Shown here: positions 1 through 12,868 of the stretch, piece by piece
Position numbering within the stretch: the stretch's first letter is position 1
How the letters are laid out: each line of letters begins with the position of its first letter
NCBI GenBank assembly: GCA_023213395.1
Contig: CM041465.1
Coordinates: 145,645,741 to 145,709,740, forward strand
Length of the DNA: 64,000 nucleotides
Source: Cycas panzhihuaensis
Taxonomy: Eukaryota; Plantae; Cycadophyta
Reading direction: 5' to 3'
The notes under the pieces: generated by a model
What the model was told of the DNA's origin: nothing
The model's database searches: none
What the model saw: the letters and a program-made list of their open reading frames with translations, nothing else
Translations under genes and position numbers: made by a program

Positions 1-1547
1 TTCATCCTCTTCATCTGGTTGCTCCTTACTGTAGTTTCCTGCTAGTCTCTTCCCTCTTTGAATGTGTGCGCTCTGTTGAGGACATTGGTATGGGTGGTGT
101 CTTGGCTATCCACAATGGTAGCAAACATCAAATGCTCAACATTGACTTGAGAAGTGTCTGAGTTTACCACAGTTAAAGCATACTTGAGCATCTCTGGATG
201 GATACATATAACCGTGTCCCCTACTTTTTGACCATCTTCCTCGTGATGGAGGTTTGGATTCTGGAGCACGTTCTCTACCTCTTAATCGACCTCGTCCTCT
301 GGAGCCTCCTATGTTTAGTTTGGTCAGAAAGGTATCTTCCATTTCAATGATATCTTCATTCTTTTTATTTCTTTGTTCCTATCTCAACAACAGATCGGTC
401 AGTTCATCAAGAGTCATTTCTTCAATTAAGCCAATACTGGTTATTGTATTGATGGTTACATCAAATGCCTTTGGGAATTTTCCTGCCACCATTTCTACTA
501 CTTCCCTTTCAGAGATGGTTGCCCTGGCACATAAAAAATCATTCCAAATTGTAGTGACTTTATGAATGAAGTCAGCTATTATTTCTGTTTCTTTCATAAA
601 TACCTTAAATAACTCCTCTTTCAAAGTTATGATCCTTGCTCTATTCTTTTGGGCATAAAGATTTTCAAAAATTTTTCATATTTGAGAGTAGGAATTTGAT
701 TTGTTAGTATATATTAAAAGATGATCAGAAACAAACATTTTCAAAGTTATTACTCCTAGATTATTTCTTTCTTCCCAATTTTTCTTGGCATCTCCTTTAG
801 TTTCTAGCATCTTTTCTTCACCAATGGTTAATTCCCAGGCATTTTTAGCACACAAAAGTGCTTCTATTTAATTTTCCAAATGTGATAATTGTTTCTTGTC
901 AATTTATCTGCATCATTAACACCCAAAATGGAAGATTCCATGGTTGCACTAATGAGAATAAGAATATCAATTCAGGAACAGGTTTGAAGAGTTAGGGCCA
1001 TATGGTTATACGAATTTTTGTATAGATTTCCGTACGAAATTAAAATTGTACAGATCGAAACAAAAATTACCCCAAAATGTAGATCTCCTTAATGGGTATC
1101 CAAATCTGTAATTATTTTTCGAGTATCTTTTCTGAACTGTGTGAAAACAGGCCTTAAAGGACGAAAATACGCAACTAGGGTTTTTTGAAAAAATGCTTGA
1201 AATTCACCAAAATTTTCACAAAGTCCCACGAAATATTAGTATCAAAAGACTTGAAATTAATAATCGAAAAGATTAAGATTGATTTTACCTGATTCTTCTC
1301 AGGATTTTCAAACGAGCAGCACGATCTACTCTGATACCATGTTAAAAGCAGACTTATTCAATTGGTGGAGGGAAAAAATCAATGCTTTATTATGTGAGGA
1401 ATTCCTCTCTTTATAAATCAAGCTTTGTAACCATTACAAAATTAATTGTAACCAATCATGAATATTATATTTGCATTATGTACAATGAGGGGTTGATTAC
1501 ATTACCCCCTTTTTAATAATCCTAAGATAAAACATTATACTCTAACA
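1..1547 (-). mobile_element. Ty1/Copia element A, 5' part (5' LTR, PBS, degenerate gag); runs off the left edge; inserted into element B
   Basis: LTR 1340-1547 (minus strand TGTTAGAG...TTTTAACA). PBS TGGTATCAGAG on minus at 1329-1339. Gag ATG near 941 (MESSILGVNDADKLTRNNYHIWK), UBN2-like ORF 379-624, zinc knuckle CFNCGKLRHFSSQC in ORF 136-342. Confidence 0.88.
1340..1547 (-). repeat. 5' LTR of Copia A (208 bp)
   Basis: TG...CA ends with short inverted termini, directly adjacent to the tRNA-iMet PBS. Copia B protease-region sequence starts right after 1547. Confidence 0.8.
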
Positions 1548-4500
1548 ACCTGTTCAAGCACAAATAGTAATGTTTGGTGATGATGTTACATGTGATGTGG
1601 CCAAGATTGGGAAAGCTCCCATAGCTTTGAAAATTTTAAATATTGGTCATCATATCAGCAATGTCCTATATATACTTGATATGAAACAGAACTTGCTCTT
1701 TGTTAGTCAAATTTATAAGTAGAACTTTGATGTATTCTTCAGCCAAGGCATCTACACTATTTTAGATCACTCAACAAGTCAACTAGTGGCAATTGGACAA
1801 GAGGACAATGGTCTTTACATGCTTGATGGTGTGCCACTTTCCTCTGCACAGAATCTGAACTCAAGTGCCACTGTACAGTCTACTCTTGTAAATAAAGGAA
1901 AGAAGATTGTTACAGGTGACCCACCTATTAAAATGCATGGTGAATCTTCTCACATTAAGGAGCAACCTACTCGAAAGTGTACCAAAGATCAATTATAGCA
2001 TCATCACCTTGGTCATCTAAATATGCAAACTCTCAATTTCATGTTTAGACTTCAGATGGTACATGGGCTGCCCAAAATCAAACAGAATAAATGCTTTTGT
2101 GAATCCTACATAGTTGGTAAGCAACACAGGGAACCATTTCAATCCAAGCAAGCTTGGTGTTCAACTAAACCATTGGGTATAATACACTCAAACATTTGTG
2201 GACCTATGTCTAAGCCTTCACTTAATGGCAATTTGTATTTTATCACATTCATTGATAATTATTTTCGAAAATTTTGTGTCTTGTGAAGAACAAATTTGAA
2301 GCCTTTGAGAAATTCAAGGAATTCAAAGCTGAAGTTGAAAATCAGATACAACAATCAAAATACTGCATACAAATAATCAGGTAAATACACATTGAATTAG
2401 TTCACCAATTTCTATAAAGAAAATGGCATTAAACACCAATTCTCAGCCCCTTGTACTCCTCAACAAAATGGTGTTGTTGAACATATGAATCAAACATTGG
2501 TGAATAAAGCAAAAGCAATGGTAAATGATGCAAGCATTGTTGACTCATTCCGGGCCAAAGCTTACGAGGTGTATGATCATGTTGGAAGGTAGGCATATTC
2601 ATCTTAGGATGTTATATTTGTAGAGGACAATCATGACTTGGATCAATCTCAGCTACTATTTCTGATACACGATGATGATAATGTTTCATAAGTCTCTCCT
2701 CCACCAATAAACAGAACTTTTGCTCCTTCAACTTCATCAACTCCAAGTTCATCATCTGCTTCTACATCTCCATCTACTTCAACATCGACATCTCCAAAAG
2801 ACGTTTAAGTAAAAGCCTCAAAGAAACTTCCAAAGTGTTACTTGCAAGTTATGGCAAATGCACCTTCACCTCCTATAGAACAAAAAAGGCAATCCAAGTT
2901 AAGGCATACTACAAACTTTGCTCTAATGGCACAAGTTCTCAATGCTCCTAAGCCTTCCACCTTTGAGGAAGCAAACAAAGACCAAATGTGGCAGGCTGCT
3001 ATAAATGAAGAGATGAATTCCATCCTGAAAAATAATACTTAGGAGCTCTCTAAATTGTCTTTAGGAAAGAAGCAAATTGATTGTCGTTATCTTTACAAAA
3101 CAAAGTATCATGCTCATGGCTCCATTAAAAGACATAAAGCACGTCCTGTTGCAAAAGGATTTAAACAACAAGAAGGTATTGACTATGACGAAACCTTTGC
3201 ACCTGTTGCCAACATGAAAATTCTTTGTCTGGTTATGTCACTAGTAGCTCAGTTAAAATGGCTTGTTTAAAAGATGGATGTCAAAAGTGCTTTTCTCAAT
3301 GGAAAACTCTCTGAAGAAGTTTACTTGAGACAACCTCCTAGCTATATTGTTCATGGAAAAGAACATTTAGTTTGCAAACTCAAGAAAGATTTATATGGAC
3401 ACAAGCATGCACCTCGTGCCTGGTATGCAAGAAACATTCATCCTCTGATTCCAATTTGTACATTCAAATTCACAATGATCTGATTACCATTGTTGTTCTC
3501 TATGTTGATGATTTGTCGATCACCGAAAATGACAATGAAGGGATTTCTAGTCTCCATCAAAAGCTCAAAAGCAGTTTCAAGATGACTAACCTTGGACTGC
3601 TCCACTATGTCCTTAGCATTGAAGTTTGGCAAGAACCAGGGCACATTTTTTCATCACAAGCCAAATATACGAATGAGCTCTTGCAACATTTCAAAATGAA
3701 TGGCTGCAAACTTTCACCTATACCTATAGAGATCGGAACCAAACCGACTATGGATGAACAAGGCAAACCTATCAATTCCAGTCCTTACAAACAGCTTGTG
3801 GGGAATTTGATTTATCTTACTCACACTCACCCTAATATACCATATGCAGTTGGGATTTATTCAAGGTTTATGTCTCAGCCTAAGATGTCGCATTGGAAAG
3901 CCGCAAACATAATTTTCAAGTACATTCGCAGCACCTCACAACATGGACTTAACTACAGCCAAGCTAAAACTCTTGTTCTAAAAGGATTCACCGATGCAGA
4001 TTGGGCCAGTTGCCAGGATACTCGCCACTCTACTTTAGGTTACTGTTTTAACCTGAACTCAGCTATTGTTTGCTGGAGTTGTAAGAAACAACCCAATGTT
4101 GCTTTATCCTCCACTAAAGCAGAATATAAAGTAGTTGTTCATGCCGCTACTAAGGCAATCTAGCTATGCAGGATTCTTGTTGAAGTTGGTCTTGAACAGT
4201 CTTAAGCAACTCTCATATGTTGTGATAATCAAAGTGTATTGAAAATGAAAGATAACCCTGTTTTCCATACAAGAACAAAAAACATCGAGGTCTATCATCA
4301 TTTCATCCGTGAACATGTAAAAACCAGAGAAATTGATCTTGTATGCAGACCAACTGAAAACCAAGTTATAGATATCTTCATCAAAGCACTTGGTAAACCA
4401 AAGTTTGAAAGGTTTCAGCACAACCTCGACATAAAGATTAATAAAGTTGTCATTAAGGGAGGATGTTAAAATATAATGACCACTTTATATACTCTTGGTC

Positions 4501-4934
4501 ACTTTACTCAGATAAAGTGCAAATGTATTCAAGTTATGACTTAATGTTGTACTTCTTAGTTGAGGGTCATCACCCCACTTTATTCTCATAACTATCCAAT
4601 CAGGTGTATGGAATATGAGGTCCAATGAAGTGTGAGTACGTGAGGTCCAATCCACATCCACCGTTTATAAAATGATAAACATCAAGCCCTCTATAAATTA
4701 AGGCCATGTCTACACTCATCAACTAGTAAGGGTTGTATATTTTGTGAGAGTCTAAACTTTGTCAAACTTTCGTATCAATCATCAACTAATTTAATCTGTT
4801 ATTATTTTAAGATAGAGCCAATTTCTAATCCTTCACATATTGTGTTCATGATATATTTGATGAGTTTGTGTTTATTGGATACAGAGAATAAAGATCCTGA
4901 CATTATTTTTCCAAGTGTTAGCTAATTCTTGTCA
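1548..4934 (+). mobile_element. Ty1/Copia element B, degenerate pol (PR end, GAG-pre-integrase, IN, RT, RNase H), PPT and 3' LTR
   Basis: IN motif HSNICGPM...FITFIDNY (2023-2286); RT MDVKSAFLNG and LYVDDL; RNase H FTDADWA, NPVFHTRTKNIE. PPT AAGGGAGGA at 4455-4463, then TGTTAAAATATAATG at 4464. LTR ends at 4837 (TTCACA) or 4934 (TTGTCA). Confidence 0.9.
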
Positions 4935-4936
4935 TT

Positions 4937-4946
4937 TGGTATCAGA
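4937..4946 (+). other. tRNA-iMet primer-binding site of the Copia whose leader resumes at 7419
   Basis: TGGTATCAGA 2 nt after an LTR-like CA end at 4933-4934. Confidence 0.75.
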
Positions 4947-4965
4947 TAATTGTTTCTCTTGCTTT

Positions 4966-7418
4966 TGAAAGCAATGGAAAAAACACAAGCACCAAAATCT
5001 ATTGAGAAACTGGATAGGACATCATAACATGAAGGGCTAAACATTAGATTAATGAAAACATGGAGTACAAAACATGAAGATAATAGGGAGGAGCAATTAA
5101 CTTCAACTCAACCTATTATGAACACAAGTGAGAAGGAGAATTTATCTCTATACTTCACCTACAAGAGATGCTACAACAGCATAACTCTTACTCCAATACT
5201 ATATGCCAAAACATGGAAAATAGGACTCCTTATAAAAGAGATTGAACGATCAAGATCTCAACACGTCAGTAATCAACAATACAAGACAAATCTAATTAGG
5301 ACTCTACTTCCCTCAAAGATAAGGATGGTGACAAGTGGAGCCATCCAAAGTTGACTTTCCACAAGCACATTTGGAAAAGCCACTACAAGACAAAAGCCAA
5401 TTTTATAATCAAACAAATGAACACTTTAAGATAAAGGCCTAAAGTGACAAAAATACTAATGTCCATGGTCAAGACTTAATGCTTAAGACATGAAGGTTTT
5501 AATACCCCCCCCTGAATGGATACAGCATTAAGTCAAATGCCGAGGCTGCTTCTGAAATGCTCGAACTTCTCTTTCCCAAGTGGCTTGGTGAAGATGTCAG
5601 CTAGCTGTTGATCGGTTAGCTTGTAGACAAGGTTGATTTCACCTTGCTGCACATGCTATCTGATAAAATGGTGATGAACCTCAATATGCCTGGTGCATGC
5701 ATGGAACACTGGATTCTTAGCTATCTTGATAACACTCTGATTGCCACAATACAATGGTGTTGGAAGTGTTTGATCAAGTCCAAGCTCTTCAAGAATCTGT
5801 CTCAACCAAATAGCCTCACAAGTTGTCTTGTGACTTTGTATTACCTTGGTGGAGGAAAGCGTAACATTTGATTGCTTTTTGCAACTCCATGAAACGATAG
5901 TAGACCCAAGGTTGAAACAATAACCTGAGGTGGATTTCTGGCTATCTTGGCATCCAGGCCAATCTGAACCTAAAAACCCTTCCAGTACAAAGTTCTCATT
6001 ACGTGTGTATTGAAGACCATATTGCAAAGTACCTTTGAGGTATCTGAGGATGCGTTTTGCAACATTCCAGTTACGCTGATTGGGATTGATCATAAATCTG
6101 GAACAGATTCCAACTGCATATAAAATGTCAGGTCTAGTGTTAGTCAAGTAAATGAGACTACCCACTAGTTGCCTGAAAAGGGTGGAATCAACAGGTTTCC
6201 CTTCTTCATTCTTCGACAATTTAGTGCCTGTCTCCATAGGTGTTGGTGATGGTTTGCAGTCTTCTATTCTGAATCGCTGCAAAATATCCCAAGTTTACTT
6301 GGCTTGGGTAATGAAAATGTGACCTAGTTGTTGCCACACTTCCATGCCAAGAAAATAGTGCAGAAGTCCGAGATCTGTCATCTCAAAACTTCTTTTCAAA
6401 TCCCTTTAGGGATGCTCAATCAAATCTACATCATTGCCAGTGATAATCAAATCATCAACATAAAGAACAACAAGTGTTATGTGTTGGTTTTGAACCTTGA
6501 TGTACAGGTTTGAATCATATGTGGATCGATGAAAGTTGTGCTGCAGAAAGTAATCATCGATCTTGGAATACCAAGCACGTGGGGCCTGTTTTAGACCATA
6601 CAAGGCCTTTTTAAGGCGACAGACAAGATGTTCATTGCCGACAGAAATATATCCAGGAGGTTGTTCCAGGTGTACCTCCTCAGTCAAATCGTTGTTAAGA
6701 AAGGCGCTTTTGACATCCATCTGATACAAGGACCACTTGCATTGTGCAACTAAAGCCATAACAATTCTGATGGTGTTCATATTGGCCACTGGTGCAAATG
6801 TCTCAGTGCAGTCGATGCCTTCTTACTATTTGAAACCTTTGGCAACAAGATGAGCCTTATAGCGCTCAATAGTACCATCAGACTTATACTTGAATTTGTA
6901 GATCCAATTACAACCAATGGCTTGTTTGCTAAGTGGCAATTCAACCAAGTCCCATGTGTCATTTTTATAGATTGAGTGGATCTCATCATCCATGGCAACC
7001 TGCCACTTTTCATCAGTACATGCCTCCTCAAAAGTGGAAGGCTGAGAAGCAGTAAGCACTTAAGCCATAAGTGCATAGTTGGCAGTGGCTAGTGGTCGCA
7101 TTTTGGATGGACGCTCGATGTTGACTTTAGTTTCCCACTGCACTTATGGGATGTTACACTTGTCAAGGTAACACTGGTAGTCTAGTCTGGGATAGAGTCA
7201 ACATGCTTCATACACTTAGATCATCACAGATTTATTCATAATTCCATACAACAATGTCACAAAGTACATGGTCAACATGCTTCATACACTTAGATCATCA
7301 CAGATTTATTCATAATTCCATACAACAATGTCACAAAGTACATGGTCAAGGCCTAAAGTGACAAAAATACTAATGTCCATGGTCAAGACTTAATGCGTAG
7401 GACATGAAGGTTTTAATA
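4966..7418 (-). mobile_element. Internally deleted Ty1/Copia element D with 5-bp TSD GCTTT
   Basis: GCTTT at 4961-4965 and 7419-7423. 3' LTR 4966-5504 preceded on minus by a G8 PPT. RT/RNase H ORFs 5656-7059 (MDVKSAFLN, LYVDDL, NPVFHACTRHIE). About 70 bp of the 5' LTR survive at 7348-7418, nearly identical to 5434-5504. Confidence 0.92.
7197..7349. repeat. Perfect tandem duplication, 74-bp unit x2, inside a foreign LTR fragment (7152-7347)
   Basis: GTCAACATGCTTCATACAC...CAAAGTACATG starts at 7197 and again at 7271. Confidence 0.95.
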
Positions 7419-9540
7419 GCTTTCTCCAGCAAAAACTCATTTACAAATAGGTAACAGGGTTTGAAGGCGTATATCGGAGTACAAACGCCAAAATTTCCAA
7501 GAAGCAATGGCAAATTTAAGACGAAATGACTCGTTCTACAAACTCTAAGTGGTCACACTATAGATTTTGAGGGGAAAAAAAGATTGCAACAAATTTAATT
7601 TTAGCCTATTTTTTGTCACCAATTTTGAAGGCAAATCTGCTATCTCAAATTTAAATGGCCATAACTTTAGCTACAAGCATCAAAATGACCTCAATTTTTT
7701 TTTTTTTTTGTGCGTTTTTCTGTCTATTTTCGAATGGAAGTGGTCTCAAATCAATCAAAGGTCTGAGCGAAAAGTTATCAGCATTTTATCAAAGGGTATT
7801 GTTGCAGTCCAAAAACCCTATGAGTAAACCCTCCTTAAAAATGTCATAACTTTTGTTACAGATATCAGAATTTGATTCTGTTAAAACCGTTGGAATCATA
7901 ATTTAGAAGCCATTATTTTGGGCTACATTTTTTGCATTTTTAATCCATTGTTTATCAAATATTTAAAATTGAAGTTAATCATTCTATTTTGTATGGGTTT
8001 TACAATAGAGGACAATATAAAGGGAGCTTTTATCACTTTACATGCATTTTTCACTTATTTTTTATTAATGGTGCATGGTGCACTATTGGTGCAAGTGCTT
8101 TTCTTGTTTGAGAAAGGATTGTTTTTCCACCTTTCAGTAGTGCCCCCTTCCTTACTTAATGCTCTAAACCTTTACCTTTGTACTTTCATTATTTATTTAT
8201 TGTCTTTTTTAATCAAGACTCCTACTTTAAAATCATTATAAAATTCATATTCCTATATTTAAATAAGACCACTTTAAAATGGAATTTGAACTTGAAACAT
8301 TAAATAAGATAATCTCTTAATTGAATTGTTCAAACTACCAATCCTACAAGGGGAACGGTTAGGGCCCCTAAAGTAACCACTCTCGCACACGTGAGTTGCA
8401 TTCATTTGGACAAGCAGACTAGGGGGCAACTTGATATAAGGTGTATTGAGTGACGAATTGAGGTGTAAACTCTTTCCTTTATTATTTAGAGACCAGGCTA
8501 GACTCGGAGGGGGTTAATGCCTTGGTTTTAGTCCTTCGCTAGATCTATCATTTGACATAAACTCAACAAAGGTAGATACACAATGTTAGGGGGCAGTCGA
8601 GCCTTCTATGCTCACGTACCGAGGTATATCAAGCTTAATTTGCTCACGTACTAGTATATATAGAGTCCCTGAACTACCATTTGTGGGCAGGTTCCACTAA
8701 ATAGAATAGCGACTGAGTGCTTCCTTGGAAACATTAAAACTTTAGCATTCTAACATAGTAGCCCACTAGGCAAATAGTTCACAATGGTAACAAAATTGAT
8801 AATTTCAATTGGGAGCAATAACTTTTTGGCTTAGAAGAAATAAATCAAACATCTTTTGATCATGAATGAGTTTTGGTCTTATGTATCTAGAGACATAGCC
8901 AAACCTACTCCCACACCGGACCCAACCAACCCAAACAACAAAATCCCTTTAGACTATGTTACCCTTGCTACTTTTAGAGCTAAAGATAATACAGCTCTAC
9001 CCTTTCTTCACTTAACTATGGAAGAAAATGTGGATCAAAACACTGAGATAGCAAATGCTTCTCATGAAGCTTAGAACATTATATGTTAACCTTTATGAGC
9101 AAAAAGTTGACTCCAGAGAAATTATGCTAAAAGCACGCTTATATGCCATACCCTTTGTTGGCTCCATTCCTTCACATATGACTGAAGTTAATGCCATTAG
9201 AAACCAACTTATCACTCTTGGAGCTCCTCTTTCAAATCATGACCTTGTTTTCGCTGTTGTAAATGTCCTTCTGACCATGTACACCAGTTTTATCTCTCAA
9301 TTATTCAATGACTTGGCTACCATGGACTTCAATACTCTAGAAGGATTGTTGCTAAAAGAAGAAGGTATCATAAACCGTCAAGGAACAACACCTTCTTCTA
9401 ACACCGCTACCACATTCACAACAAAAAATCGAGGGACGAATCAATCTCAGCAGCAGCCAGTTGTCCAATTGTTTGGTTCCATGAATTTGAACCAACAACC
9501 ATAGCAAACCAAAAAACAACAATGAAGACAAAATGTTATT
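7419..9540 (+). mobile_element. Copia long 5' leader and degenerate gag (host of element D)
   Basis: Continues the PBS-proximal sequence from 4947-4965 across the TSD. Gag ATG at 8784, UBN2-like ORFs 8856-9504, Q-rich C-terminus. Confidence 0.8.
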
Positions 9541-11131
9541 CCACCATCTCATTTTGGTTGGGAACGCCACCAAATGGATGTCAAGAGTTCTTTCCTTCAT
9601 GGCATTCTTGATGAGGAGGTTTATATACAATAGCCTAAAGGTTTTGTGCAGGTTGGCAAGGAGCATCTTGTATGCAAGTTGAAGAAAGCTTTATATGGAC
9701 TTGAGCATACACCAAAGGCTTAGTATTCATAAATTGATGAATACTTCATTTCCTCTAGGTTCACTAGATGTGAATCAGATCACAGATCATAGAAGACAGT
9801 GACATACTTATTGTAATTCTCTATGTTGATGACTTTATTATTACAGGTAGTAACAATTCTTAGATCAATTATCTCAAGAAGCAACTTTCTCAAGCTTTTG
9901 AGATATCTGATCTTGGCCTTCTACATTACCATTTTGGTATGGAATTTTGGCAAGAAGGTGACAACATTTTTGTTTCCCAGTCCAAGTATGTCTATAATAT
10001 TTTGGAACGTTTCCATATGGAGGATTCAAAGCCAATGGTTAACCCCATGGAAATAGGTCTAAAAGTGATTAAGCAAGTTGATGGGATTGTTGATTGTATT
10101 TTGTATATGCGGCTAGTGGGTAGTCTCATCTACCTTACTATCACTAAGCCTGACATCAGTTATGTTGTTGGTGTTGTAGCTCAATTTAAGAGTGCTCCAT
10201 CCATCTCCTATTGAAAGGCAACAAAGTGCATACTAATGCATTTTAAGGGCACTATCATCACTCTTGTTTTCTATAGCTGATGAGTTCTCACTACATGGCT
10301 ATACAAACTCAGATTGAGCAAAAGTTGTTGATGACAAAAAATCTACGTCATGATCTATTTGCATCTAGTTCTGGTATGGTTTCTTGGTGTAGTAAGAAGC
10401 AGGCTACAATCTCCTCATCTTCCACAGAAGCAGAGTATAAGGCAACAACTACAGCTATTTGTAAAGCATTCTAGCTAAGAAGGCTACTTCGTCACTAGGA
10501 TGATCCTACACTATTGTTTTGTGACAATCAAAATGCAATCTAGCTTTCAAAGAATCTTGTCTTCTATGCTAGGACAAAGGATGTGGAAGTCCATCACTTT
10601 ATTCGAGAGCAGGGGCAATGTAGAGCAGTTGAGTTGGTCTACTGTCCAACTAAGGATCAACTTGTCGACATTCTCATTAAGGCATTGAGTCATGAGAAAT
10701 TCGAGAGGTTCAGAAAGCTCTTATTTGTGAAAAATAATGGATTATACATTATGAGGGGGTGTTTAAAACAATGTCTAATTCTAGTTCATTCTTTTTTCGA
10801 ATTAATTGATGAGCCACACTAGCCAAGTTCTCTTGAAAGTTGTATTTCTATATTTCTTCTCTCACATGCAAGAGCATGCATGAATTGTACCTTCATGTTT
10901 CCCTACTTTATTCCTTATTCTTTACTTGCACTCTCATTATTAATGAGGAATAGTCTTACTCTTGTCAATAGATTGAGTGATCAATATTGATGTAAGGATA
11001 GCTGACTGAGCCATTGTATTCATTTGTGACCTAATACAAGATTATTTCTTGTAAACCATTGTGCAATTGTGTTTGTGCCATTGCTCTTATTTACTTCTTG
11101 TTTTCACCCCAATTCATTCATATTTCTAACA
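9541..11131 (+). mobile_element. Copia RT/RNase H fragment, PPT and 3' LTR (10760-11131), joined directly to gag
   Basis: GWERHQMDVKSSFLHG begins near 9555; MEVHHFIRE near 10583; PPT ATGAGGGGG then TGTTTAAAAC at 10760; ends TCTAACA at 11131. PR and IN are absent. Confidence 0.85.
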
Positions 11132-11938
11132 ATCCAAACCATATTATGCTTTAATAATTGATGTCAATATTTGACTAAACTATGTACTCGTTGGAATTCA
11201 TGAATGTTCATGTTCTTATAAGTAAGTTTCCTGTATGAAATTGATAAAGAGCTAACGATATATAAATCAGAGAATTCACGAAAACCTCTAATGGACTTAA
11301 ATGAAAATGTCAATTCTTGCATCTATGAAGACCTAAACCAATTTTCTGCTTTACGTGCAATAGTTTGAATTATTCAAATAATCTTTTGCCGTCCCAAATA
11401 TTCATATCAGGTCGTATGCATAGTTTGTTTTGGCTCTTTGGGAAACAAAGTGAGCTGAACAGATTTCAGAAAATAAATTAAGGGTAAAAACAATACTAAA
11501 ATTTTCACCAAAAACTGCATCACTCGATGCCATAGACCACCAATATTCCATAATTTTCATTAAATATTGCATGCATATAAATGAAGAAATAAGACCTAAA
11601 ATTATAATCAATGATATACACACACACACACACAACAAAATAAAGGAGATCATTAGGCAATCTCAACAATTTGAGAGAACTTTAGACTCTAGATGCTTGA
11701 AAACACCAATGATAATGTAACTGAATGAAGTTTCATTGAACTAAAGTAGGATTCTGAGTTTAGAATCCTTCTTTTCTATAAATCTCTGCAAATCAGGATT
11801 AATGTGTTTGTATTATTGATCATGCAACTGCAGCATATGGCAGGTTGATGACCCACAGGATGCAAACAAGATGTAATTTTGAAACAAGCAGAGACAATTT
11901 CCACAACCTTTCAAAGACAACAAAGAGGAAAAATTAAT

Positions 11939-12159
11939 AAAATGAAATAGAAAACTCCACTTTTTACATAGTGGAAGACTAATTCAAGTAAGTGTAAAAT
12001 AGAAATTCCTGACATAAATCTGACATTGTTGATATTTCCTTTTCAAAATGAAATAAAATGCTCTACTTTTTTACATAGTGGAAGACTCATTCAAAAAAAC
12101 GTAAAATAAAATTTCTTACCATAACTCTCCGCCATTTTTTATATTTCCTTTTCAAAATG
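11939..12159. repeat. Diverged tandem duplication, about 110-bp unit x2
   Basis: ACTTTTTTACATAGTGGAAGACT and ATATTTCCTTTTCAAAATG each occur twice about 108-110 bp apart. Confidence 0.85.
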
Positions 12160-12868
12160 CTAACAGGCAACTTTTCTCTGCCCGTTCAATCTTATCTGCA
12201 GAATGCCTTTCCAAAATCCAGTGAAAAACATTGAGCATGAGCTACACTTTAAAATGTATTTTGCTGTATATTCACAATGCAAAGGAAATGCCAGATCACA
12301 GAACATTGAAACTAGTGTACCACACCATCCAGCAGTATCTTTCTTTTGCACAAAAATTCACATAAACAGCTCCTTGCATTTCCAATTGGCAACTTCCTTA
12401 CCTGCATTAAACAAACAGCCTAATTTAAGTAATTCATTGATTTTTCTCCTAGTAATCTAGGAAATAAAACCACACATCACATAGTGAAACTGCAAGTAGA
12501 TTCTCAATAACATCAATAGGCCTTGCATAGATTTGACACATAGAAAGGCTACAACAGATTGCAGAGATGATCCCCACATTCATGCAGCTAAACGCAAAAT
12601 TATTTATGCAATATAAAATCAATGTACCTAAAAATCATACCAAGAAGATCAACAACATTGCATCTTAAAACACACCAAGTTATCAGCTGACTTATGCTGT
12701 TTCTGGGCCCCATAGTTAAATCTTGGTTTGCAACATAACTACAACTAGATTTTACTATGTCTTTTGAGAGATATATTTGGCTTTGTCATATCAGTACACC
12801 ATATGATAATTCTATGGTTCTATACATACTGCAAACATTACATCACTAATAAAACAAAATAATCTCAC

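Noticed and set aside
254-565. Plus-strand ORF starting MDSGA, resembling a protease active site
   Set aside because: Antisense to Copia A gag; the motif is coincidental and lacks protease context.
7918-8241. Hydrophobic 107-aa ORF suggesting a membrane or env-like protein
   Set aside because: Arises from a T-rich tract in a Copia leader, has a TTG start and no conserved motif.
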